A DNA stretch of 60,654 nucleotides, counting the filler, from Sphingomonadaceae bacterium (lineage in GTDB: Bacteria > Chloroflexota > UBA6077): the NCBI GenBank assembly GCA_050261575.1. It is 4 parts of 4 records of this genome, joined end to end, with 100 filler letters (N's around TTAATTAATTAA, not from the genome) between each part and the next. Parts side by side here need not be neighbours in the genome. Positions count along the whole stretch, not along the records: positions 33,217 to 49,984 come from JBLNDL010000069.1; 3 more parts are not named here. The stretch is one strand, 5' to 3'. Under the pieces are notes generated by a model. It was not told the DNA's origin, did no database searches, and was given only the letters and a program-made list of their open reading frames with translations. Positions 40,101 to 48,826 of the stretch are shown piece after piece. How positions within the stretch are numbered: the first letter of the stretch is position 1; each line of letters starts with the position of its first letter. A program made the position numbers and the translations under genes.

Positions 40101-43100
40101 GCGTCACGGAGGCCCTCGCCTTGCCATCGGCATCGGTGGTGACGTTGGCTGTCGCGAGGAGCGTGTCCTCCGGCTTGCTGGTCCACAGGTAGCCGCCGTC
40201 GGGCTGCCTCTCCTTCACGCTCAGCCATTTCCGGCTGTAGAAGGAGACCGAGACGGGAACGCCCGGCATCGGCCTCTTCTCGGTGTCCACCACCAGCAGA
40301 TCCACACCTGCGCTCTCCCCCACCTTCGACACGTAGCTGTCGGGCCGCAGCCCCACGTAGCGTTCTCCCTTGTGCACCACGGTCTCGACGGTGGCGCTCA
40401 CCTCCTGGTTGGTGGCATCGGTGATCGTGGCCTCCAGGGTGAAGTACTGGCTCACGAGATCCTTGCTCAGGTCGGCCGGGAACTGGATCGCGAAGCCGCC
40501 CTGTGCGTCTGTGGTCCCCTCACCCTGGGTTCGCACCCGCCCGCCCTGCATCCGGGCCTCTCTCACTAGGTCGTAGTCGACCCACTGGTAGCCCTCGACG
40601 CCGGAGAAGAGGTAGTTGCTGGAGGTCACTCGCCACTGGATCGGGCTGTTGGCCAGCGGCTGGCCGAAGTAGTACGAGGCGCTGCCCGCGGCCGAGACCT
40701 GCTCGCCGGGCAAATACGACTCCTTGGACGGGGTAACCTTGACCTCGAACTCTGGCTTCCGGTACTCGGCCACGGTGAAACCGGTGCCGAAGCTCCATTC
40801 TCCAAGGCGGGCGTTTACGTAGTAGTGGCCCAGGGCGGCCTCTGGCGCCAGGGATAGCTCGCCATCGAAGGTTCCCATGTCGCTCAGCTTCACCCGATCG
40901 GAATGCACCTGCCGGCCCCGGCTGTCCCTGACATCCAGCGATAGCTCAGTGCCAACCGGAGGAATGGAGTAGCGGGCATCATCGTCGGAGCGGACTATCC
41001 CCTTGAAGTGCACCTTCTGCCCTGGCCGATAGATTGGCCTGTCGGTATAGAGGGCGCCACGGTAGGGCTGCGCGAACGGATCCCAGGGCACGCTGAACTC
41101 GTAGGGACGGATGCCGCTCGCCCACTCGCTGCCGACCGCCCCCAGGTCGCCTTCCCCTTCGGAGAAGGCGAAGAGTTGTGGTATCGGCGCCCGCCCTGGC
41201 GCCTCCACCGGCAGCCCCGTGGCGAGCAGCAAGCCGTCCTCGTCGGTCTGCCCGGTCACTAGCGTCTTGCCGTCCGACGACACGATCCGAATGGGCAGGT
41301 CGGGCACCACGTTCCCGCTGGTCAGGTCGGTGGCCCAAACGAGGGCCTGTCCCTGTGCCCTCTTCATCGTCAAGGCCAACCTACTCACCATCAGCAGCCT
41401 CTCGTCTCTGAGCCCCTCGGGAGTGTCCACCCTGAGGTAGTAGAAGCCGGATGGCAGCTTGGAGCCGGGTTGGCCAGCGAGGTGGGTGGAGGTGAGAACC
41501 ACTTGGTCGCGTCCAGCGCCGGATGCGTCTTCCGACCAGCGTCGCACCAGCTTATTCTCGTCTGCGGCGAACGCGACCTTGCCGCGCGTGTCGTCCGAGT
41601 AGCGCAGGAACTCCTCCTGGTCGAGTCGATACAGGGACAGTTCGAGCCGGGAGATGTTGACGTGCTCAAGGTAGATCACCGGCGAAGCGGTGGCATTGAA
41701 CGTCCCCACTCTGCCGGGGATCGCAGCGTTCAGCCTCGGCGGCAAGGACCCCGTGGTGAAGGTCATCCTGAAGGGCTGGAGCTTCTGGCCGGAGCGGTCC
41801 ACGGCACCCTCGGCCACGGTAAGGGTGTACCGTGTGGACGGCCTCAGCCCGCCTCCCCAGAGGTAGAGCCTGGTATCGGAGTCCTGCCATCCGAAGTGAA
41901 GTTGAGATGGCTTGGGATCCAGGGTGAGGTGTTTCTCCACCGACTCCGGGTCCATGGGAGTGGCGAACTGCAGTTGAATCGCATCGTAGGGTGGGTGCTT
42001 CGACGCGCCGGCGGCCGGTACGGTGGAGGCCACTCTCGGCAGCCCCATAGTGGTAAAGCTCCAGCCGAACTCCTTGGTCTCGCCGCCGCCACGAGCCGCC
42101 TTCACCCCGGCGCCCACCGTCGCGGCGTAGCTCGTCTCCCTGAGGAGAGGGTCCCGAGGCTGGAAGACCAGGACCTCCCCATCCCAGGTGAGGCTACCCG
42201 CTACGGCCACGCCGTCCGGCCCCTTCAGCGAGAAGCGCTGCTCGGCAGAGGCATGAACCACCGGCTGGTCGAAAGCCACCCGAATCTCGGGGCGAAGGCC
42301 AACGTAGCGAGTGCCGACGTCCGGGGTCACCTTGCTCACGGATGGCGCCTTCGTGGTGAAGCTCCACTGGAAGTCCTCCGCCAGGGCGCTTCCGGCGGTG
42401 TCGGTGAGACCCTTGGGCACGGTGACGGTGAACCGCACCCCGGCAGGAAGGCCTCCCTCAGGCTGGAACATGTATAGTGACGTGGTGACCCAACGCCCCT
42501 TGCCGTTCAGGGCAGGCTCGATCCTGAGCGGGTTCGGCTCGCCGCCTGTGGTGCCCAGCGGTACGATCGGATAGCTGAACTGGACGACGATGATGCTTGC
42601 GGCTGCCACATCGGTGGCGCCGTCGGCCGGCTGGACGGTGAGCACCGATAGCTCCTTCGCCGTCATGAACTCGTAGGTGACGGGCTCCCTCAGCGGGAGC
42701 AGGAAGAGGCTCCGCGCCGACTGGTCCAGGCTAACGGTGTAGCGCGTCCCGCGGTCCCAGCCCGAGCGTGGAGTGAAGAGGAGGGTGTTCCCCTTCCACG
42801 AGACCGATCCGTCCACGGCGGGGCTGATCCGCAGAGCGCGTTCGGCCAGGGGCGCCAGCATCGGCCGGTCGAAGGTGATGGCGACGGGAGCGTCGGCGGG
42901 GACGTCCTTCTCGGCAGTCGGCCCGAAGTGGGCTACGGCGGGAGGCTCCAGGCCACCGGTCGCGACCCCGATGGACAGGATCAGGCCAGCCACCACCAGC
43001 AGCAGGGCGGCCGCGAGCGATAGGATCCGGCGAACCGGACGGCCGAAGAGCGGAGCGATGGGGCGACGGTGGGTCCTGGCGGCTTCGGCGTCGGGCTCGT

Positions 43101-43317
43101 GGCGGGGCGTCTCCGCCGCAAGCCGCTCCAGGCGGCGGCACAGCTCGGCGGCAAAGGCCGGCTCCGGCTCGGGCGGCGCCAGTCGACTCTGGATCCGCTG
43201 AGCTGTCTCCGCTAGCTCCGGGTCCAGACCCTCGGGCGGAGCAGCCTCCGTATCTTCGGCCACCGCCAACCAATAGGCTTCCAACAGTTGAGCCTGCTGC
43301 TGCTCCCGCTCAGCCAT
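37195..43317 (-). CDS. Alpha-2-macroglobulin with N-terminal cytoplasmic anti-sigma-like segment, one TM helix and four Ig-like (Big_5-type) repeats
   Basis: YTDRPIYRPGQ, EYRKPEF, R..FPDTAYWNP, LPDNLTTWR, thioester motif PYECTEQ (CTEQ at 38686-38697), Q.PDGGWGWW, DPLPSGLE, EMYFPEVWGRS. Confidence 0.93.
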   Translation of the reverse strand: MAEREQQQAQLLEAYWLAVAEDTEAAPPEGLDPELAETAQRIQSRLAPPEPEPAFAAELCRRLERLAAETPRHEPDAEAARTHRRPIAPLFGRPVRRILSLAAALLLVVAGLILSIGVATGGLEPPAVAHFGPTAEKDVPADAPVAITFDRPMLAPLAERALRISPAVDGSVSWKGNTLLFTPRSGWDRGTRYTVSLDQSARSLFLLPLREPVTYEFMTAKELSVLTVQPADGATDVAAASIIVVQFSYPIVPLGTTGGEPNPLRIEPALNGKGRWVTTSLYMFQPEGGLPAGVRFTVTVPKGLTDTAGSALAEDFQWSFTTKAPSVSKVTPDVGTRYVGLRPEIRVAFDQPVVHASAEQRFSLKGPDGVAVAGSLTWDGEVLVFQPRDPLLRETSYAATVGAGVKAARGGGETKEFGWSFTTMGLPRVASTVPAAGASKHPPYDAIQLQFATPMDPESVEKHLTLDPKPSQLHFGWQDSDTRLYLWGGGLRPSTRYTLTVAEGAVDRSGQKLQPFRMTFTTGSLPPRLNAAIPGRVGTFNATASPVIYLEHVNISRLELSLYRLDQEEFLRYSDDTRGKVAFAADENKLVRRWSEDASGAGRDQVVLTSTHLAGQPGSKLPSGFYYLRVDTPEGLRDERLLMVSRLALTMKRAQGQALVWATDLTSGNVVPDLPIRIVSSDGKTLVTGQTDEDGLLLATGLPVEAPGRAPIPQLFAFSEGEGDLGAVGSEWASGIRPYEFSVPWDPFAQPYRGALYTDRPIYRPGQKVHFKGIVRSDDDARYSIPPVGTELSLDVRDSRGRQVHSDRVKLSDMGTFDGELSLAPEAALGHYYVNARLGEWSFGTGFTVAEYRKPEFEVKVTPSKESYLPGEQVSAAGSASYYFGQPLANSPIQWRVTSSNYLFSGVEGYQWVDYDLVREARMQGGRVRTQGEGTTDAQGGFAIQFPADLSKDLVSQYFTLEATITDATNQEVSATVETVVHKGERYVGLRPDSYVSKVGESAGVDLLVVDTEKRPMPGVPVSVSFYSRKWLSVKERQPDGGYLWTSKPEDTLLATANVTTDADGKARASVTPRDPGSVRVVAEVADPKGNRTRSAAYVYVSGSGYASWRMESNDRLELVPDRKEYGVGDTARVLIPAPMEDALALVTIERGKLLSHRLVRMKGNSETLEIPIQAAHIPNVYVSAVLFKGGPSGVAAFKVGYGELKVGVADKSLKIDITPDKTSYLPGDEATFTVKTSDAKGNGVPAELSLAVVDASVFALADDNSPKLMDSFWGRRNLGVSTASTLTQSVDRYNENLPRENKGAGGGGEDPSVRRQFPDTAYWNPVLRTDDKGEAKVTLPLPDNLTTWRATAKGVTAETLVGSATVDTVTTKSLLLRPAFPRFLLMGDRVRLAALLHNYGDREVEVEVALSAKGVRPTEGTEFLPQRLKVAARGLQRVEWPGVVESVAGGSASAVLSLAARPLTEGVPSDAVEITLPVHTLTTAEVVATSGEVRDSTTELVRLPDGVNPELGELTVETSPSLAAGMRYSARYLEEFPYECTEQTVSRFLPRVVMQRAFDELGLPDKEGISSRLPSIVGRSLQRLYSAQRPDGGWGWWPGDGSDQWITAYVVHGLAEASRSGHTVDRGVMDRATQFLRRSLDRAWDAEHPENPNARAYVLYTLALAGKGDLGLTNALYDRRSTLGNYGNAYLLLALRELQSGDQDGKVQNLISDLTSSAISSATGTHWEEAERDSRTMNTDTRSTAIVLNALVRTDPGHPMIASAVRWLMVARKEGHWETTQETAASLIALTEYLKASGELKGDFAYRVSLNGGELATESVTWENVDEARQLVIAVRDLLGGDNRVKLDRAKPSPGQSGEGKLYYTMHLRYFLPGEQVPAVAEGLVLLREYYRLGDEAAGPVHQVTAGETVKVKLTAVALQDLHYVVVEDPLPSGLEAVDTRLKTTSRVAQEETGGRRVDEKGQGKEDPPWWKYDYFQHVEPRDDRVALFATYLPKGTYEYSYLARATSAGEFQALPARGYEMYFPEVWGRSEGDRLTIK

Positions 43318-43927
43318 CGCGCCCCTCCCCGAGGCCCCGCCCTGGATCGTTGAGGAGCGTTCGCAGTCGAGATACCGCCCTATAGCGAAGCATCTTCACC
43401 GCATCCACGCTCTTTCCCATGGCCGCCGCGGCCCGTTCTCCGGACCAGCCAGCAAGCTGAAGCTCCACGGCCACCCGCTGCTCCTCCGGGAGTATGTTCA
43501 AGGCCGCCCGAAGCGCCTCGACCTCGTTTCGCGCCAGCACGACCTCCTCCGGTGTCGATGAGGGATCGGCGGGATCGCCTATGTCCTCGATGGGCTCCGT
43601 CGGACGGTGTCGGCGCCGGGCGTCGGCGATCGTGTTGTGGGCGATGCGGAAGAGCCATGCGGCAAAGATGCCGCCCTGGTAACCACGGAGCCCGGCCAGG
43701 GCCTTCAGGAACACCTCGCTGGTGGCGTCCTCGGCTGCGTCGCGGTTCCCCATCCGAAGGTAGCAGTAGCGGTAGACGGGTCCGAGATACCGCTCGTACA
43801 GGGCAGTGAACGCCTGCGGATCGGCTTGCGCCGCCACGACCAGGGCAGCATCCTCCGCGTGGGCCTTCACGAGCGGCTCGCAGGCCACCGACCCACTGCC
43901 GGTCTGGGAACAGGATCCAAACAACAC
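43310..43927 (-). CDS. ECF RNA polymerase sigma factor (start uncertain)
   Basis: AF..LYERY...VYRY, AEDATSEVF, F.AWLFRIAHN, region 4 L..LPEEQR..G.S..AVKML.YRA; overlaps the A2M start by 8 nt. Confidence 0.92.
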   Translation of the reverse strand: MLFGSCSQTGSGSVACEPLVKAHAEDAALVVAAQADPQAFTALYERYLGPVYRYCYLRMGNRDAAEDATSEVFLKALAGLRGYQGGIFAAWLFRIAHNTIADARRRHRPTEPIEDIGDPADPSSTPEEVVLARNEVEALRAALNILPEEQRVAVELQLAGWSGERAAAAMGKSVDAVKMLRYRAVSRLRTLLNDPGRGLGEGRDG

Positions 43928-43968
43928 CCTTCTCCCGTGGGCCTCACAGAGATCTCTTCATCAAGAAA

Positions 43969-43994
43969 GACGTGCCATCCGGGGAACGGTAACG
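43969..43994 (-). promoter_or_regulatory. Putative autoregulatory ECF promoter
   Basis: CGTTAC-N16-CGTC between pbpC and the sigma gene. Confidence 0.55.
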
Positions 43995-44033
43995 GTGGAT
44001 TCACACCCATCGAGGAGGCTCACCCAGTTCCGA

Positions 44034-46502
44034 TCAAGGCATTGGTAGTGGTTCCCCCTCCACCACGATGGACACCTCGTCCCAGGCGAGGGTCTCGCCG
44101 CCAGGGGACAGCACCTCCGCCCTGAAGAGGTGCCGGCCGGGGCTCAGCGGCCAGGTGGTCCGGAAGGGGGGTTCGTCGAACCTCGCGAGAGGCTGCCCGT
44201 CCACCAGCAGATCCACACGCACGCCGCTCCCCAACCCCGCGCCCGCCGCCGCCACCTCCACCCGCTGCAGCCCCAGGGGAAGGTCCGGGCTGATCTGCAA
44301 CACCGCCCCATGGGAAGGGCTGCTGAACTGCAGTCTGGGTCGACCTCCAGACTCCGGAGCGACCGGCCCGTGAACGGGACATCCATCAGCGGGCGGCTCG
44401 GGGATGCCCCGCTCCCGCGCCCACATCTGCAGTTCGGGCGGGACGAACTGGAATACCCGCTCCTCCACCAGCTCCGGGGGACAACCGGGGGCCGCGAGGA
44501 ACCCAGTGGAACGATCGATCCGCAGGGATCGGTGCCACGAGCAGGTGGCGGTCGGCTCGGTGCCCTCCACGAACAGCTCGATCCTGCGATTTGGGCACCA
44601 CCGGGAGGGAAGCTCTCCCGTCTCCGGACACACCTCCCGGCGCACCAGGCCGGGAGGCTCGGAAAACTCCGCCACGGGGCGGTCCTTGAGCGACTCCTCC
44701 ATGAAGTCGTGCCAGATCGGAGCGGCCCCGCTGATCCCCGACACCCCCCGCATGGGACTGTTGTCGGCGTTTCCCACCCACACGGCGGCCAGCAGATCCG
44801 GCGCGTAGCCCACCGTCCAGTTGTCTCGCCAGTCGGTGGTGGTGCCGGTCTTGGCCGCGGCAGGACGGCTCAGTCGCAGCGGACTGTCCGAGCCGAAGGC
44901 CATGGAACGCGCGGCGTCGTCGGACAGGATGCTCGTAACCAGATACGCCACCTCCGGGGAGACTACCCGCCGCCCCGGGGAAGGCTCCGCCTGCCACAGG
45001 ACTCGACCCTCTCCGTCCTCCACCCTCAGGATCGCCACCGGATCACGGGCCACCCCCCCTGCGGCCAGGGCGGCGTAGGCCGACGCCAGGTCCAGGAGTC
45101 GGACCTCCCCACTGCCGAGGGCGAGGCTCAGGTCTCCACTGCTCCTGGAGGCCAGGGTAACGAGGCCGGCCCGCTGGGCCACGTCCAGAAACGCCCCCAC
45201 GCCCACCCTCTGCATCAGCGACACCGTCGGCAGGTTCAAGGAGTTGGCCAGCGACTCCCGTACCGACACCGGGCCGCGCCAGGCGCGATCGTAGTTCTCC
45301 GGCGCGTAGCTCCTGCCGTCAGCGGTGAGGAACGACGTGGGGACGTCGTACAGGACGGTGGCCGCGGTGGCAGCACGGCTCTCCAGGGCGGCGGCGTAGA
45401 GGATCGGCTTGATGGAGGACCCCGGTTGCCGGGCGGCCAGGGTCACGTTCACCTCGCCGTCGATGGCGTGATCGAAGTAGTCGGCGCTCCCCACCATGGC
45501 CAGGATCTCGCCCGTGGCCGGATCGAGCGCAACGAGGGCGCCGTTGCGCACGTTCTGGTCCGCCAGCGCCGCGACGTGGCGAGCCACCGTGGCCTCGCCG
45601 ATCTCCTGGAGTCCAAGGTCCAGGGTGGTGTACACCCGCAGCCCGCCGGCCCTCGCGGGATCCAGACCGAGCCTCCCTTCCAGCAGCTCGCGCACGAAGG
45701 CGACGAAGTGGGGTGCACGCACGGGGAAGGCCGCCGTGGACAGGCGGAGAGGCTCCACGGCGGCAGCCTCCGCCTCGCGCTCCCCGATGTACCCCTGCTT
45801 GACCATGAGTGAGAGCACGACCCGCTGGCGGGCCTTCGCCCGGGAGAGATCGGCGAGTGGGTCGTAGGCGGAGGGAGCCTGAGGCAGACCGGCCAGCAGG
45901 GCGCTCTCGGCCAGATCCAGGTCTCGGGCGCCCTTCCCGAAGTAGATCCCGGCGGCTGCCTCGATGCCCACGGCCTGGTGACCGTAGGGTGCGCTGTTCA
46001 GGTACAGCTCAAGGATCTCGTCCTTGCTCAACCGTGCCGCCAGCCGGAGGGCCAGGGCCGCCTCCCGAAGCTTCCTCCACAGGGTCTGCTCCCCCCGCTC
46101 CGACGGGCTCATCCAGAGGTTGCGCGCGAGCTGCTGGGTGAGAGTGCTCCCCCCGCTCACGATCCCATTACCGCTCAGGTTCTGCCATAGGGCGCGAAGG
46201 ATGGCCAACGGATCGATGCCGGGGTTGACGTAGAAGGAGGCATCCTCGGTGGCAATGGTTGCCTTTGCCAGGTGAGGAGGCAGTTCTCGGAGGGGGACGA
46301 AGCTCCCTTTCCCCTGCTGGGGATCGACGGCTTCGTAGAGCAGGGTGCCGTGACGATCGTAGAAGGCGGCGGTGGGCGGTAGCGATGCCCGAGGAGGCTG
46401 CTCGCGGGGATCAGGAGCGATGAACCACGCCAGGACGAGGAAAACGACCCCCAGCAGGCAGCCCAGTATGCCCGCCCGCCAACCCAATCGGGGCAGTGAC
46501 AT
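44034..46502 (-). CDS. pbpC: Penicillin-binding protein 1C-like (transglycosylase + transpeptidase + C-terminal domain)
   Basis: EDASF, GGSTLTQQLARN, RKLREA, SSIK (SxxK), SLN, KTGT; located next to A2M. Confidence 0.88.
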   Translation of the reverse strand: MSLPRLGWRAGILGCLLGVVFLVLAWFIAPDPREQPPRASLPPTAAFYDRHGTLLYEAVDPQQGKGSFVPLRELPPHLAKATIATEDASFYVNPGIDPLAILRALWQNLSGNGIVSGGSTLTQQLARNLWMSPSERGEQTLWRKLREAALALRLAARLSKDEILELYLNSAPYGHQAVGIEAAAGIYFGKGARDLDLAESALLAGLPQAPSAYDPLADLSRAKARQRVVLSLMVKQGYIGEREAEAAAVEPLRLSTAAFPVRAPHFVAFVRELLEGRLGLDPARAGGLRVYTTLDLGLQEIGEATVARHVAALADQNVRNGALVALDPATGEILAMVGSADYFDHAIDGEVNVTLAARQPGSSIKPILYAAALESRAATAATVLYDVPTSFLTADGRSYAPENYDRAWRGPVSVRESLANSLNLPTVSLMQRVGVGAFLDVAQRAGLVTLASRSSGDLSLALGSGEVRLLDLASAYAALAAGGVARDPVAILRVEDGEGRVLWQAEPSPGRRVVSPEVAYLVTSILSDDAARSMAFGSDSPLRLSRPAAAKTGTTTDWRDNWTVGYAPDLLAAVWVGNADNSPMRGVSGISGAAPIWHDFMEESLKDRPVAEFSEPPGLVRREVCPETGELPSRWCPNRRIELFVEGTEPTATCSWHRSLRIDRSTGFLAAPGCPPELVEERVFQFVPPELQMWARERGIPEPPADGCPVHGPVAPESGGRPRLQFSSPSHGAVLQISPDLPLGLQRVEVAAAGAGLGSGVRVDLLVDGQPLARFDEPPFRTTWPLSPGRHLFRAEVLSPGGETLAWDEVSIVVEGEPLPMP

Positions 46503-46505
46503 CCT

Positions 46506-46928
46506 CTACCTCTGCCCGACGCCGGCTGCCGAACACACCTTCTCGCATAGCTCGTCCACGTCGAAGGGCTTAGAGACGACGGCCTTCACCTGGCGGCACT
46601 CCCGTACCTGACGGTCGGACACGTAGGCAGACACCAGCACGACCGGCAGGCCTGCCGTGGCCTCGTCGTCCCTTAGCCGGCTCAGCACCTCGAAGCCGTC
46701 CATGTCCGGCATGTGGAGATCGAGCGTCAACACGGAGGGGCGCAGCTCCCTGGCCGCCCTCAGCCCCTCGCTACCGTCCCTGCAGCTCGCCACCTCGAAA
46801 CCGATCGACCGTAGCAGTTCGCACAGCATCTCCCTGACGGAGTCATCGTCCTCGACCACCACAGCGAGACGCGCATCCCCTTTCGAAGGCACACTCACAT
46901 CTACTCTCCACGTACCGGCAAGAGCCAA
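46506..46928 (-). CDS. Single-domain response regulator (start uncertain)
   Basis: VEDDDSVR, LDLHMPDMDG, SA, KPF. Confidence 0.9.
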   Translation of the reverse strand: MALAGTWRVDVSVPSKGDARLAVVVEDDDSVREMLCELLRSIGFEVASCRDGSEGLRAARELRPSVLTLDLHMPDMDGFEVLSRLRDDEATAGLPVVLVSAYVSDRQVRECRQVKAVVSKPFDVDELCEKVCSAAGVGQR

Positions 46929-47030
46929 TGGATGGGCACAGGATTACAGGGATTCGCCACAGGACCAAAAGGTGGGGAAAAGCCGAGACTCGAGCGTGAA
47001 GCGGATCAAGCCTCTGAGCGCACGGCAACC

Positions 47031-47058
47031 ATTGTAAACTACCCGCGACTAGTGTCAA
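47031..47058 (-). promoter_or_regulatory. Near-consensus sigma70 promoter for response regulator-pbpC
   Basis: TTGACA-N16-TACAAT. Confidence 0.7.
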
Positions 47059-47107
47059 CTACCAAGAACACAGGAATGGGAAAAGATGAAGAAGCCGAGC
47101 TAGATGA

Positions 47108-48049
47108 TCAGGAGGTCGCCGACACCCCGACCTTGCGGCGGGTTCGGCGCCTGAGTGTGGTGGCGGGTTCGGGGGTTTCGACGGGCTGTGCTGGTTCGGG
47201 TAGCTCACCGTCGGAGGGCTCGGAATCGCCCTCGGCCAGCAATAGGGTGATCACGGTTCGGCCACGAATGACCCGACGTTCGGGATAGAGATGCCCGGCG
47301 TCGATCAACTCCTGGATGTGGTTGGCGAGAGTGGAGCGGACCCGGCCGGTTCCGCTGACGTCGTCGGGCAGAAGCGCCCTGACGATGCGTCGGAGGGTGA
47401 GGTAGTCGGTCGACGCAGCCAGAACACGCACGCGCTCAAGCAGGTCGTCCCCGCTTGGGAGATCGATCTCCGGCTCGGGCTCTGGCTCCGGATGCGCCAC
47501 CTGGCGCCCACGGTGCCTGGGAAGGGCCAGGTACTCGTCCGCGCAGTTCCTCAACTCGCGGTTGATGCTCTCCTGGTCCGCCGCAACCACAACCCTCTTT
47601 CCGTGCCGCTTCAGCGCGTTGGCGACGGCAATGAAGTTCCGATCACCGGACCCCAGGATGAACACCTCCACCTCGGGCGCGTACTCCAACTGGTCCCGAA
47701 GGTCCTGCGCCATGACGTCGTCCACCACCGACTTCAATCGGCCACGCTGGTTCGGCCACGCCGGACAGTGCACCAACTGGAACCCATACTGGTACAGTTG
47801 AATGGCCAGGTCGTCCATATCCTCCCGCCGGAAGTCGCCAAAGGCTCGCCGCATCAGTACCCGCCCCTGATCCGGAGCTATCTCGACCAGCCGCTCTATC
47901 GCCTCGCGAGGCAGATTGGCTACGTCGATATTCAGACTCACTATGGGCCGGCGTTCCGGCGAAGAATGCCCCTTCGACACGACTGGGAAGTGTCCTCCTA
48001 TCTCGATGGGCCTGGACGACCCTGCATCGTTAATTGCATTATAGCCCAT
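47108..48049 (-). CDS. NYN-domain (PIN-like) protein with C-terminal wHTH/LOTUS-like region; true start probably downstream of 48049
   Basis: IDVAN, KSVVD, ILGSGDRNF, L...GKRVVV, L...ADEY; a TATAAT lies inside the nominal ORF start. Confidence 0.75.
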   Translation of the reverse strand: MGYNAINDAGSSRPIEIGGHFPVVSKGHSSPERRPIVSLNIDVANLPREAIERLVEIAPDQGRVLMRRAFGDFRREDMDDLAIQLYQYGFQLVHCPAWPNQRGRLKSVVDDVMAQDLRDQLEYAPEVEVFILGSGDRNFIAVANALKRHGKRVVVAADQESINRELRNCADEYLALPRHRGRQVAHPEPEPEPEIDLPSGDDLLERVRVLAASTDYLTLRRIVRALLPDDVSGTGRVRSTLANHIQELIDAGHLYPERRVIRGRTVITLLLAEGDSEPSDGELPEPAQPVETPEPATTLRRRTRRKVGVSATS

Positions 48050-48097
48050 TTCGGCCTCCGGCCGCCAATCGGGACACCAAGCCCCCCGCAGTGCGGC

Positions 48098-48126
48098 TTG
48101 ACCGCCCCCCGTGGCTGCAATACATT
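48098..48126 (+). promoter_or_regulatory. sigma70 promoter
   Basis: TTGACC-N17-TACATT. Confidence 0.6.
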
Positions 48127-48155
48127 ACTATCGACAACGGCAAGAGGGGAAAGCC

Positions 48156-48455
48156 ATGCAGGTCAGAATCGAGGTCCTACCCTGGTTGAGCGAACTGCTG
48201 AGCGGCAGCATCTCACGACCGGTGGTGCTGGAGACAGCCGTCCCCGAAGGGGAGACGCTGCGCGCGTTGCTGGTGCGGCTGGTGGAGACCCACCGGCGTC
48301 TCGGCCAGATGGTTTACGATCCCGAGCGCGGCCTCCTCAGCGGCCACGCCGAGATCGCAGTCAACGGCACCATGTACGACCAGGCTGGAGGGCTGGATGC
48401 CCCTCTCCACGACGGCGATACCGTCACCCTACTCCCCGGGATCGCCGGAGGCTGA
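48156..48455 (+). CDS. MoaD/ThiS-family sulfur carrier (ubiquitin-like)
   Basis: IAVNG, L.DGD.V.LLP.IAGG C-terminus. Confidence 0.9.
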   Translation: MQVRIEVLPWLSELLSGSISRPVVLETAVPEGETLRALLVRLVETHRRLGQMVYDPERGLLSGHAEIAVNGTMYDQAGGLDAPLHDGDTVTLLPGIAGG

Positions 48456-48626
48456 GGAGTCGTACCGATCCTCACCTTGGAGACACGGCAAACAGGGGTT
48501 CCGCGTTATCTTTCTCCATATGTTCCGAGCCTCCGTGGTTCCGATAGCCGCTCCCCACTTGGGCCGGCCCGCCGGGAGGCTCGCCTTCCATGTCCGCTCG
48601 CCCTCCAGACCTGCTCGCCCCTCCTC

Positions 48627-48700
48627 CTAAGCAGCTATCTCTAGTTCATGTCGACTTCCCCAGGAGGAAACGCGTGCTCTACCCGAAGGCACCTGCCTAG
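48627..48700. repeat. 74-bp MITE-like element, copy B
   Basis: CTAAGCAGCTATC...GGCACCTGCCTAG. Confidence 0.8.
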
Positions 48701-48721
48701 GCACCACCTTTGCATGTGGAA

Positions 48722-48795
48722 CTAAGCAGGTGTCTCCAGTCCGAATCAACCCATCTGTCGGGTAACGTGTATTCTGCCCAGAGGCACCTGCTTGG
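48722..48795. repeat. 74-bp MITE-like element, copy C
   Basis: CTAAGCAGGTGTCTC...GAGGCACCTGCTTGG. Confidence 0.75.
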
Positions 48796-48826
48796 AACGC
48801 CGAGGATTCTGGCCAAGGAGCGGAAG

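Noticed and set aside
48627..48795. Tandem 74-bp elements read as a CRISPR array or integron attC sites
   Set aside because: Units are too long and divergent, with a single 21-bp gap and no cas or intI gene; ends are CTAAG/CTTAG, not AAC/GTT.
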